Shown: positions 11,501-22,753 of the stretch, piece by piece | Layout of the letters: each line of letters begins with the position of its first letter | Position numbering within the stretch: position 1 is the stretch's first letter | NCBI GenBank assembly: GCA_002269645.1 | Contig: NIVC01005158.1 | Span: 1 to 24,438, forward strand | Source of the DNA: Macrostomum lignano | Taxonomy: Eukaryota | Length of the DNA stretch: 24,438 bases | Direction: 5' to 3' | Made by a program: the position numbers and the translations under genes | The notes under the pieces: model-generated | Seen by the model: the letters and a program-made list of their open reading frames with translations, nothing else | The model's database searches: none | What the model was told of the DNA's origin: nothing

Positions 11501-11836
11501 GTAGAATGGTACAGTATAGTATATGAAATTATTTTATAAAAAAAACAAAATATATTGAAATGTGCATTAATTATATCCTATTACTAAATGTCTAATCTTT
11601 ATTTCCTAAATTTCTATAAGTATAATTATAATTATTTATTTAATTTTTGTAAACAAAACCATATTTTTATTCAACTGATAACTAGTTTGGTTTATGCTTA
11701 CTTATTGATTAGATTTGGTCATAACTAATAATACTAAATTAAATGCTGATTGCCAAAAAAATTAACTTGTCTTTCAGCTAAATTCAGCTATTCAGCATTT
11801 GCTTTTTGATTTATTGTGCCAAAATTAATCTCTATA

Positions 11837-14800
11837 ATGTCTCGTAGCAGTAGCACATCAAGTTCTGGCTCTGAAGAAAATCAGTCTGAGACAGAGACAC
11901 CACTAGCTGCAGCTTTGCAAGCTAGTATCCAGGACCAGGCTGACCAGGCAGAGCCAGAGGCAGTAGTAGAGAAGGCGAAGGCTGCTGAGTGTGCTTGGGC
12001 CCATATGCCAATCATGCAACAGGCACAGCGGCAACGCCAACAGCAACAGGCTAATGTGCAAGTACAAGCAAAATCAAAGCGTCCACTGAGTTTGTCTCAT
12101 GCAGCGTCTTCATCTGCACAAACTGAAGAGCCACCAACTAAGAAGCCTCGCGGAACTGTGTGTGACCCACATTACTGTGTGGATTGCCTTCAGCGAGGGC
12201 TTCCACTGTCCAACTGCCGCATTTATCGAAACAATGGTAGTAGCAGAAAAACTCATCGGAGTCGCTGGCACAAAGAAGACCCAGCCAATAAGATTTTAAC
12301 ATATTGCAGACCTGACCATGCTGATGTTCGCGACCTAATTGCTGCCAGGCCTGCCAATGAGAATGAGAAGCAGGTAAAAAAACGCATCACAAAGGCCATG
12401 GTCAGCCATGAGGTGCTGGAGGTTGAAAGTGCCAGTGATGAAGAGTCACCTGAACGTCCTGAAGTTCCAATGACCACTGAGCCTGAGGCAGAGCAGCAGC
12501 AGTCTGAGGGACCAAAGACAAATCTGGTAGTAAACATTGAAGTACTGGAATCATCCGCCGTTGACCAAAGATCCAGCTCATTTGTTAGGCAGCTTGCTGA
12601 TGCTTCACCTATCCTTCCCAGTCCTGCTGAGGCTGCATCTACAGCATCATCAAGCACGTCAGGTCGGGATCTTTTGGCAATTGTCACTGGGCTGGAAATT
12701 AAAATGGCGGAGGCAGCCCGACAACTTGCCCTACTTCCGATTATACTAAATGTTGTTCGGGACTTGGCGCTGTCACAGGCTACCTCCAGCTCAAACTCTC
12801 GGGGACAAAACTTACCAAAAGTGCCGCCAATTGTGGCTAGCAACATGGCCGAGCTCCTGGAGAACGAGATGCTCGCCACAGCACCTTGCGGTGAGGACAC
12901 AATTTTATACTGTGTCCCGTGCTACAACGTTTTAATGGAAGGCACGGCCTTCTCGCCAAAGTTGACTGTTGCGGAGAGGCACAGCACTTTGTAAGTCCAT
13001 TGTATGTACTTTTATCTAACAGGCAATAAGACAATCCAGTTGGCCTTTTCCATTTATTTATTATAAACTTTCATTTCTCTAACTTCTTATAGAAACCCCA
13101 AGTCGATGGGCACGCTTGCACGAGGGCAGCTCATTACAAAGCTGGAAATGACTGAGATCCTTGCGTGTGGCGAGGCATTCTCCCGGCTTCGTTATAGGAT
13201 AGTGAAACATCTCTCTGGTATCGAGGCTGTCGGCCATGTGAAAGCTATGAAGAAGTATGCGGACCGCAAGATTGAAGAGAAGCGCGTCTCAGGAACTGTT
13301 CGGCGCCTTTTGCGTTGCTCTGTTGCCAATATCGAATCAGCGTCAGCTAGTAAGCACTATGAGACGTTCGTGAGCATGCTTTATCGGTCGGACGCTGAAG
13401 TTGGCCAGCGGGGCCACGGCCGGTATGTACCATATTATGTGGTTTGTATCTGTATGCCATTAGCTAAGCTATGGTTATTTTGTACGCTATTTGTTAATTT
13501 ACCACCCACTATGCATCCAACTAGGGAGTTTAACAAGGAGTTGTGGTCGTTGTTTGAGGTCACCGCTGACAAGTATACGGCTGAGTTCCTGCAGACCCCA
13601 CTGCCGTCCACCGGATGTCCTCCCTGCTACGCCATTGCTTGCGACAAAAGCACACCAGGTCGCATCACTAACCAAGCTGTTATGGTGTTGGCCAGGTAAG
13701 TAGGGAGGAAGAAGGAAAAGTAATGTACATTAGGAGTATCCGCCACTTAAATATTACTTTTACTACCTCCTTAAAACGGATAACCCCTAACAGGTGCGAG
13801 ACTGGTGACGCCGTTGCTATCCCAGGTGGCGCCCCGGCCGTTTATTCCAAAGAGATGGACGGCAGCGGCCCCGTTCTGGTGCAGCGGCTTTTTCAAGGTC
13901 TGGCGAACTTTGATTTGCCCATTGATCGTCTTGTGGGCGTCATTGCCGACGGGCAATATCAAACTGCGCCTTTTAAAACGGCAATATTTGAGAAGCTGAA
14001 GGAGGCCGGAGCCGACTATGAGATCCCAATTAACTGGGACCCGGCCCACTTTATAAACCTGGCCGTGACTAACGTGCGCGATAGTGACGACGGAGAGGCG
14101 TTGCAGGATTTTATTGACAGGGCAAACCTGTTTCCGCATCTTTTTGGCCACGGGCGTGGCCGTTCGGCTTTGGAAGTAAGTATGCAACCTGAATGTCTAA
14201 CTGAATAGTTTACCGAGGGTTTTAGATATACGTTTGCTATAAAACTACTCCAAATTCTTTGTTTGTAAAAAAACAGATTGCTTCCGAGGACCATGCCGGA
14301 GCAATTTCATCATTTGCCTCGCAGCGCTTTACCAGTTCAGCCATGAACCAATGGCAGACCATCTTTCGCTGCTACGGCGATCTGCATGCCGCATTTCGAG
14401 CCGAGAAACCACGAGTCAGAGATAACGACCCACAGCCGTACATAATGTTCGGATTTGATTTTGTGTGCGACTTGTTGGGCTACCTGGATCTCTTTGCGCC
14501 AATCAAGTAAGTTGATTTATATGCCTTGTGGGTAGTAAAATTACTATGGGATCAACTTTTTGATTACCTACTTACTCCAAACACATAACACTTGCACAGA
14601 GCTCTTATGGAGATTGCGCAGAATCTTCAGCTGCCCCACTGGAAAGTGTCTACCTTATGGCCATTGGTAGCTGAGTTCCTCCATGTCCATGCAGAGCAGT
14701 TTCGTAGTGAGGACTACCCCACGCTGCATGAGCACATCGACAATCTGCACGTTGGTGGCACATTTGATGGCGTGACTCTGCTGGACGGCTGGCTCAAAGT

Positions 14801-16113
14801 AAAAAAGCCGGTTGCTGGCTCTGCCTCTGACCAGGATCAGTGGCGCGCTCGAGACATGGAGGTAAGCTTGTGCAATCATTATATTATGTACTCTGCCAAA
14901 GTTACCATATTCTCCTTTGTGCTTCATTATTCAGCTCCATCCTTCTTCCTCCTTCCTCAGGACATTGCACGTGATACACAGAAGCTTGCCGGGGCACTTC
15001 ACCGCAGCTTCGTTGCTCGCATTCAACGCTGCTGCGACCCGAGCACCTCTGATTGTGCCTCCTTCGATGCAGCTGCCATCATCCGTGCCATTGCATGCAG
15101 GGACCCTGAAGTTGCAGCAGAAGAGTTTGCAGACCAGTGCGCTCCCGCCTTTAAGCGGCTTGTGACCGAGGCAGTCAAGCATAAGCACCTGGCTCATCTG
15201 AAAGTTCCCATGGCCCGAAGGTGAGCTCCTTCACAATCAAAACTATAAATGCACTGGTACTATAACTAGTGTGAGGCTGGAAATCACATATTTCAAGACC
15301 ACTTTGCTACAGAAAAATGTAACGAAATCGAATTGTATTTAATTTTATTTTTTGTCCACTAAACTTAGGTATGCTGCGAACTTTGTGGACACTATACGCC
15401 ACGTCATTTTCACGGGTGAAGGCCGCAGTAGCTGGCTGGTGCCTTCCATCAACGGGCCACTGACGGATTTAAAAGTAGCAGCACCCACTTTGGCACGTCA
15501 GTTATTGCTGCATCTATCGGGTTCGACAGCAGGTGGTGAATTTTCATCTGTTGTGGTGGACGAAGCAGCAGTTTATGCGTCTTTCTATGCCGACCCAGAC
15601 GTTTTCCAGCGAGCCGGCCCTGCAACATGTGCACTACTTGATTTTGCACTACACCGAGGTGGCACTGGTGAGTTGCAAATTCCAGTTGCTATCTACAAAT
15701 TAACTAATGTCACCTTGGGCAAGTCAGTCAGATTTGATCAGAATTTCATCTACATATTTTTCCGCCTTTTTCTTCCAGAAGCGATTGTCGAGAGCTTCTA
15801 CTCGACTATGCGGTCGCAACAGCAACAGGGAGGCCAAACCAACGACACCCTTCAGCTTCGCGCTAAGTTAGCTTGGTTGCTACCACCCATGGGCGGCGAT
15901 GCATGCGAAGAATTTCTCGACGACTCTGCGAAACTTTTTTTTAAAGGCGACAAAAGCCGTGGGATTCGTCCACATTGGAGTCCGTTTTTTGCTGCCAAAA
16001 CTAAGGACGCCATCGGCAAGGTGCTGCAGAGGCGCGCAGCAGCTGTTTCCCGTGTGCCATTCATCGGCCGTCGGAAGCAGAAGCCCAAAGACGGCGACAA
16101 TAATGCCAATTGA
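11837..16113 (+). CDS. Spliced hAT-like DDE transposase, 9 exons, predicted 1,140 aa
   Basis: Exons 11837-12990, 13093-13422, 13525-13695, 13794-14175, 14277-14506, 14600-14861, 14961-15220, 15369-15667 and 15779-16113 (3,423 nt). All 8 introns are GT-AG (93-148 nt) and phase-compatible, with no internal stop. Motifs: two Zn-finger-like CxxC...H...H units, GHGR, ACDKST (D1), ADGQY (D2), WDPAH (C/DxxH), EAIVESFYSTM (E; hAT dimerisation-like), and a basic C-terminus (RRKQKPK). Confidence 0.88.
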
Positions 16114-16242
16114 TAAATTCATTTAATTGAATCATTCATAATTAATATTACTTCAATTACTTGTAAACTTGTTATTACCACTTACAACTTATTATTACTC
16201 TTTGTCTGGGTCGGGAGTATGTGGGTTTCTGCATTGTAGTTT

Positions 16243-16348
16243 GTCGTACAAAAAAAAATTACTTAGTTCACTTGTGTCGTACTGTCGTACAGCAGGCTAA
16301 AACTGAAATTTGCCTTCCGTCGTACACAGAAATCCTTCTGCACCATGG
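16243..16348. repeat. Right subterminal repeats (4 GTCGTAC copies) and right TIR
   Basis: GTCGTAC at 16243, 16276, 16284 and 16319. TTCCGTCGTACAC (16315-16327) is the reverse complement of 9799-9811. TIR core 16333-16348. Confidence 0.88.
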
Positions 16349-16356
16349 GCACAGGT
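16349..16356. repeat. Right target-site duplication GCACAGGT
   Basis: Identical to 9772-9779. Confidence 0.9.
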
Positions 16357-17928
16357 ATACATGCAAAATATACTATATAGAGATAGGAAAAATGTACATT
16401 GACTCATTGAGGGGTTGTACATTTGAAAAGAAATCATATATGCTTTATCTTTTATGCATTTATCACTAATCCATTTTTTATTTGCAGATCTTTCAGATGC
16501 CAGACATGCTGCAACTATACTATACACTATATAGTATCTGCTATGAGTGCCTGACAAGCTCATGGTGCAGCTTTTTACACAGTTGCCTATGATCATTTCA
16601 GCTAGGCCCAAAGATTGCGCATAGTTTCTCAAAGGCCTGCATCAGCACCCTCTTCTCTAAAGGGGACCAGGCAATAGCAGTAGCAAAGGTTGGCAAACTG
16701 GCGTGCTAAAAATGTATTTGAGATAGGAAAAAAACACCATTTTTTTAAATGAAAAAATTCATAAGACATAACTTTTTTACTACTTAATCAATTTTTAAAA
16801 GTCTAGTGTCATTTCACTCATAATACCTAGGGCTACATGTGGCATGGTTGAAAATTTGGATTTTGGAAAAAAATTTCTCACTGGACCCCCTACAAGTTAT
16901 AGTTATTTATACTTATATTTTTTAATTTGGTTATAATATATTTTTCCTACCCAGGCCTCCTTATCTGAAAAACAATTTTTTGGACAAAAAATGCTATAAA
17001 TTATCGTTTAATTACCAAAATTAATAAATGAAGCCAGTTTGTGATGATGGATGCTATTCTCCTCTATCAAAAGGCCAATAGCTAGGCCTATCAAATGCAA
17101 GTCTCAAAAATAATAAATCTCACTAGAGACTCTAACTAGAGTGCATACTATACAGTTTACACATACAAAAGAGTTCAATCGAAGGCATTCTAGACCGGCC
17201 CCAAGCCAGCCAAGGTGATATGCGTTAAGCACTACAGTTTGGTAGCATTGTCAACGTTAAGCCACGAAGGCTTGCGCTTAGATTAGGCCTAGGCATGAAT
17301 GATCAACTATTTGTTGATGAGACAATGTGGACATGCACCTAGGCTGTACCGTGTACTCAGCTTAAAATAGCAACTTACTTGTGCGGATCTGTTCCAAAGG
17401 CTGAAGATGATGAAATTTACAAAAAAGACCAGCGGCCTACCTCTAAATTCCCGAAGATTGAAGAAGGCGGGCGGTTTGGCGCGGTTGCGTGAGCTTGAAT
17501 TGCCGCCGGCTCAGAGTTCGCCCGAATAAAGCCGGAAAATCGCGCAGTCGAATCTCAACGAATTTTCTCCTGTATGCTCCGTCTGCAGGGTCCTCAGTTC
17601 CGGGGGAGGGTAGTCGTAATCATAGTCGAGCGGTCTTCGTTAGGCACGGTTCAAACTTGGGTTCTTAGACACCGTAAATTTAATGTACGTCATAATTTTG
17701 TTGATGCTTACTAAGAGCAAGGACTACTAGACTATAACGAAGTGTTTCTAATGGTCCTTGACTAAGAGTAGCGTATCGCTTCCACCACCGTAGTTTATGT
17801 ATTACGGAACGTTATTTTCTTAGAGCTCGCTTAGAGATAAGATAAATTGGTTGTTTTACGCCCCACGGGCAAACTACTATAGGTAATTCTATGGGCTTGA
17901 TCAAATAATAAATTTTAATTTTAACGGT

Positions 17929-18040
17929 TATTATTAGTATTATTATTTATATTGTTATTATTATTATCTTTATTATTATCATTATTATTATTATTATTAT
18001 TACTATTATTATTATTAATAAATAGAGTAGTAGTAGTAGT
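17929..18040. repeat. Imperfect (ATT)n microsatellite followed by a short (AGT)n
   Basis: Directly visible. Confidence 0.9.
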
Positions 18041-18837
18041 AAATTTTTGGCTCAGGCTTAAGGAGCCTGTTTTGCCAGTATAGTCCGATGTATTTAGTAT
18101 TTGTTCAAAAGGTTAAATTTTTACACGAGTTACGATGCGAGTTACGATATTTGTAAAAGTAAGGTATTTGAAAGAGCGTCTAGAGTTTTTTGAAACGGTT
18201 TTCCAGCCGATTAACGACTAACGCCAGAATAACAAGATTCTAAGCAGGGAAAAATAAAAAAATCAATGTCGTACATGTATATATATATGACCTTAAAGCA
18301 AAACGATTCTTCTAGAATGCGATTCAGAAAAGGCAGTTAGATATTAAAAAATATAACAAATATCGAGTATAATTAAGGATAGCTCTACGATAGAGTAAAA
18401 ATCGTGGTCTTTTTTGATTTTGCGCATATTTGGTGTTTACGTAGCGTCATGTCATGCCAGCAGTTATTCAACTTGCAAAAAATCTTTTCGCTGAATAGAC
18501 TAAGAGATACGTGTGTATGTCAACTTAAGTGCATTTTGGAATGACAAGTCAATAAACATGAGAACCCGCAATCCTAATAATTAGTTAATAATATATCTGA
18601 AATGAAAAAATTAAATTAAAGCCGTCAATAAAAGGCCCTATGAAAGGGCTTCCCCAAAAGGGATAAAAGTGAAAAGATGGTGATTTCACATGTGAACTAA
18701 ACTACTCGTAGTTTCTCAATTGAAGTGGCGGCCAATTGAACAGGTTTCTCTATCGGACCTTACCTGATCCATAAAAGAGAGAATAGTCATTGAAAGCCGG
18801 ATAACTCTATCCTAATACGTCTCCCGAATGGGATACA

Positions 18838-19062
<225 letters not shown>

Positions 19063-20425
19063 CGACCTAGGGATGGGTAACCTCATCAGACAGTGATTGC
19101 CGTCAGGGTTGCTGCCCTCTTTGGCGAGAGAATCCGCGAGCCTCGTTGCCCAGCTAGGATATTGCTGTGACCGGGTATCCAGATACATGTAATTCTAATC
19201 ATGTTAAGGAGTGAGAGAGATTGCACACTGCAGTGACATTGAGATACCGCGTTGCAGCGGAGATTTTTTCGCTGGTTAAGGCCTTGAAAGCGGCTTGGCT
19301 ATCAGTGTAAAAATTAATATTGAAATTATTGATGTTTGCCTGGAGCGGGTACTGGGCGCATGCTCAATGGCGCAAAGTTTGGCTTGGAAAAACCATGGTG
19401 TTCTTACCGTGGTCCAGAATTTCCTGGAAGAGCATATATCCTACCCTCATGGAAGATGACGATACCCGCTCCAGCGAGGCAGTTAAACAACGAGCCGTCG
19501 GTGAAGCAGTGGATGCCCTAACTGCGCCGGTTCACGCCGACGTCCAGCGGAATGCTGTCTCGACCAGGAATGGGGGTCTGGAAGCCCCTCCTGATGTTGA
19601 GAGCAGGGAGACGACTATCCACATTGTCCGGGTCCATGTGGATGCTGGTAAGGTCGCGACGGACGAAGTCTATATCCGGGATTAGAGTTTTCATTGACAT
19701 GAAACCAGGGGGCGCGTGATTTAACGTTTTATCTCTGATAAGTCGAGAGGCAGATTTTGGGGAAAACGGACCTTTTTTGGGGAGAGGCCCCAGGTCGGCC
19801 CGATGGCTCTGGGCAGCTGAGCGAAGCAGCGCTTCGCCCGACCAATGACGTTGTCAAGGTGCTTCGTCCAGCGCAGGTCATGCGCTAGCGTCACACCGAG
19901 ATTCTTGATCTCCTTCTTGAAGGGGATGTTCCTACCATAAACAGTGAGGGTTTGCATCTCCCACGCTCGGCGCTTGGTGAAGATGACGACTGTCTTTGCG
20001 ACGTTGATTTTGAGGCCAGCTTGCTCATGTTGCTCCTACCTTCTAGTAGTAGCAAGCGTAGACCGCACGCCTCGGCTGTGCGGAAACAAAAAGGGAGCAG
20101 CAAATGCAAAGGAGGCCAAAACCGATGTAAAGAGCAAGACACCGAAAAGTCTGCACCGCGGAACCGACTCAAAGCCAATGAGGGGCATGCCTCTTAGGAG
20201 GTCGAATGGCCCGACAAGACAAGACAAGACAAGATTTTGAGGCCATGCTGCGTGGCCCAGTCAGCCGTCTTGTTGGCGAATTGCTGCATCAGGTTGCGCA
20301 GGGTAGCGGGGTCGGGTCCGCTGACGACCGCAGCAACGGCGTCTGCGTAGCCCACCCTGTTGATACTGCTGGGAATGTCAGCAATTAGGAGCTCGTTCAT
20401 GACGACATTCCACTGAAGCGGAGTA
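19063..20425 (-). mobile_element. Degenerate RNase H-bearing LINE fragment (R1/LOA/I-group-like): RT C-terminal half plus RNase H
   Basis: PLQWNVVMNELL...GYADAVAAVV (YADD variant, 20338-20349), [29 protein letters not shown]. RNase H motifs follow, frameshifted: FTDGS...AGAG (~19500), YTDSQAA, WIPGHSNI and ADSLAKEG (~19120-19185). Confidence 0.88.
20019..20232 (+). mobile_element. 214-bp 5'-truncated retroposon with (GACAA)4 tail and 13-bp TSD, antisense inside the LINE RT
   Basis: GATTTTGAGGCCA at 20006-20018 and 20233-20245, and GACAA x4 at 20213-20232. Removing the insert plus one TSD restores [13 protein letters not shown]. Confidence 0.85.
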
Positions 20426-20665
20426 AGCAAGAAGCGGCCTTTCATCACCGTTCATTTTTCTTCATGAGAGTGAGCTCAGGACTCCACCAAGGAGAGTATT
20501 TCTTCCTGTAATTCAGTTTAGGGGCTTTAGCGCGAATGGCGGTGTTTAGGGTCTCAACGGGGAAATTGCATCGCTGTTCGATGCTGGCGAGGTCCTAGCC
20601 AGAGTACGGTAGATTGGCTTCAGTTAGTAGTTTTAACATGTCTCTGCGGAAACATTGACTAACTT

Positions 20666-21330
20666 TTGGCTACTATGCTTACCCCAAGTGGGGGAAGCTT
20701 TACTCCCACTGGCGGAGAAATTGGTGGTGATACCAACGATAGCGAGGCCCCTAGCAGTGTTCGCAGGTGGCAGCAGCCAGAGGACAGCACGGTTACCCTC
20801 AGAGCACGAAGAACTCCAAGGGTAGGGAGACGGCGAATTCCTACGCCAAGGTGGCAACTGAGCCCCTCAACAAAATCCTAGTAGTTGGACACTGAACGAT
20901 GCTCAGATAAATGACACCGTCGCTCATGTCGACTTCCTCTGGCACAATGGGAGCAACTCGAAGTTGAAGTCGAGTCTATTAAGTTCTTTAATGGTAATAT
21001 TATCCTCGCCCTCAAGAGCGAGGACCAGCTTAACATCGCCTTAGCGAACCTCCCTAGCATCGACTGGGTACTACCAAGCCCGGAGCTCACGCGGCAGCTC
21101 GAGAAAGCTCGCCCATCGCCTCCCTGTAAGAGAACGATCGAGAAATCCGCGGTCGTCTGGTCACCAAGCACCCCGAGTTTCCGGCGGACACATACAGAGG
21201 AACGGTCACACTGACTACGTTGGAGCGTGGAATATAATCTTCTAACTCATCCCGAGGAGGAAGCGCAAAACAACGGTGGGCAGCGCCGGATGACTCATTC
21301 AGGAGCTCTACACTGTGCGAGGTAATTGCG
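20666..21330 (+). pseudogene. Possible degenerate LINE ORF1 (gag-like) fragment
   Basis: GC-rich island with broken reading frames ANSYAKVATEPLNKILVVG and LEVEVESIKFFNGNIILALKSEDQLNIALANLPSIDW. The SYAxV motif is common in LINE ORF1. No zinc knuckle seen. Confidence 0.35.
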
Positions 21331-21395
21331 AGGTTTGCCATTGCATGACCATAAATATAGCCGACAGTCGCTAAAGGGGGGGGGAGGGCACGTCT

Positions 21396-21485
21396 CAGGT
21401 GGCGCCAAGCCTGCTGGAAAGTTGGGGGCGCCAAGCCTGCTGGAAAGTTGGGGGCGCCAAGCCTGCTGGAAATGGGCGCCACATG
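21396..21485. repeat. 26-bp minisatellite (3 copies plus a partial) bounded by an 11-bp inverted repeat
   Basis: GGCGCCAAGCCTGCTGGAAAGTTGGG units start at 21401, 21427 and 21453, with a final GGCGCC at 21475. CAGGTGGCGCC pairs with GGCGCCACATG (10/11). Confidence 0.85.
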
Positions 21486-22719
21486 CTTTAATTGCCAGCT
21501 GATTTTTTTATTATTCTTCAAATCTCTGGAAAGATTTGACGTGTGTTTAATAGAAGTGCCCTTACTGGACGTGATTAGCCTACTAAATATTCACGTCTTT
21601 ACATTCTTAAACCATTCTCATAAACTTAAATTTATTAAGTTATTTCATTTTTAATTTTAAATTGAGTTTAAGGCTTCTCACCTTTCCCAAGGTAGGGTAG
21701 AAGACAACACGTGATCGGGTGGATTTTATGGGTTTCGATCTCAGTCAATAGATCGAGTCAAATCTAGCCGACCATACCGAGCTCATCTAATTATAGCAAA
21801 GCCGCTTTGTCTACTAGAAAAATTTGGCGCTCTGGTCGACACAAATCGGTCGACAGAAATCGCGGCGGCTCGAGGCCCGCCCCTCTCGTCAGACGGTTTC
21901 GCCAAAGCTCTGATCTGCGGTCCTCCCATCTGACGCCGCTTCCTCCCAAGACTTCAGTCTTGCAGCTCCAAATCGTTACCACGTCAACGACCAAGTCTTT
22001 CCGGTTCAACATCATCAGCGAACAGTGAGAAGCGACATGAACATCCACACCGATCTCAGCTGCGTTCTGTCTAGAAGCCTCCGCGGCCGTTACTGCGGTC
22101 ACAGCGGTTGAGAATCTGATTTGGTTGGTTAGAGGCTAATAGTACTTTAAACTTGTTTGATCAGATGCAAACCTCGCCTGGCCCTTCTACCGAAACTCGG
22201 AGGCCCACAGCGATAGCTTTTGCAAATTTTTATTTTTATTACGTGTACTCTCCGTAATGCTTAAGCAGAGCAGTCACACGACCATTCGAGACTCTAACTG
22301 TAAGTAAATTCTTACATTAAATAAGCTGCTTGGCATTACATTTACATGCATGACTGGCACGAATTCAGATTCACATTCAGCTTAGCTGCTCATCTGAGCT
22401 CGCATTGCGAATTAAATGTAGAAAACAAAATTATCAGATCAGATTTGCCTTTTTTTTACTAAACTCGCAAGCACTCAAATTGGTTCAAGCGAGTGAGTTG
22501 AGTGCTGACACTGCAAGTTCCGCCTCGAAAAGTTCTGCATATGAAAGCAACCAAGCAAAGTTCAATGCAACCGTACCGTACCCAATCAAGCTACTGAGCG
22601 GGCCAGATGCGTCGTCCAACTCCCGATGATGATCCAGGCAGTTGATGCCAGAGATGAATGATTTCCTCTAACTTGATGTTGCTCGATGGGGAAGATGTCG
22701 CAATTCAGGGATCAGGATG

Positions 22720-22753
22720 GAGTCAGAAGATGTGGGGAGTCAGAAGATGTGGG
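22720..22753. repeat. Perfect 17-bp tandem duplication GAGTCAGAAGATGTGGG
   Basis: Two adjacent identical copies. Confidence 0.85.

Larger units (their letters stand above)
9780..16348 (+). mobile_element. Full-length autonomous-looking hAT-like DNA transposon (6,569 bp) with 8-bp TSD
   Basis: Left end CCATAGTGCAGAAGGA versus right-end reverse complement CCATGGTGCAGAAGGA (15/16). Identical GCACAGGT at 9772-9779 and 16349-16356. Subterminal GTCGTAC arrays and one intact spliced transposase gene. Confidence 0.92.

Noticed and set aside
11816-16113. Six-frame ORFs in this span as separate genes or a host gene
   Set aside because: They splice into one frame and are enclosed by TIRs and a TSD. 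The antisense and overlapping ORFs (e.g. 12253-12900, 13771-14187) are shadows.
9771-16356. Alternative 9-bp TSD (GGCACAGGT), which would suggest MULE
   Set aside because: The extra G at 16348 is needed to pair with C9780 in the TIR. The 8-bp reading gives symmetric ends. Other copies would settle it.
16660-16891. AGGGGACCAG ... CTGGACCCCCT as a Kolobok/piggyBac-like MITE
   Set aside because: Only ~9/11 inverted match and no TTAA or other TSD on both sides.
17651-17662. ACCCAAGTTTGA on the minus strand matches the 3' half of nematode SL1
   Set aside because: Only 12 nt match. The 5' half, the GT donor and the Sm site of an SL RNA gene are absent.
17200-17790. Possible minus-strand LTR-element 5' region (TGGTG plus GC-rich gag-like frames)
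   Set aside because: No diagnostic gag or pol motif, and the frames are broken.
19081-19089. CTGATGAG on the minus strand as a hammerhead ribozyme core
   Set aside because: No paired stems or downstream GAAA. It lies in LINE-derived sequence.
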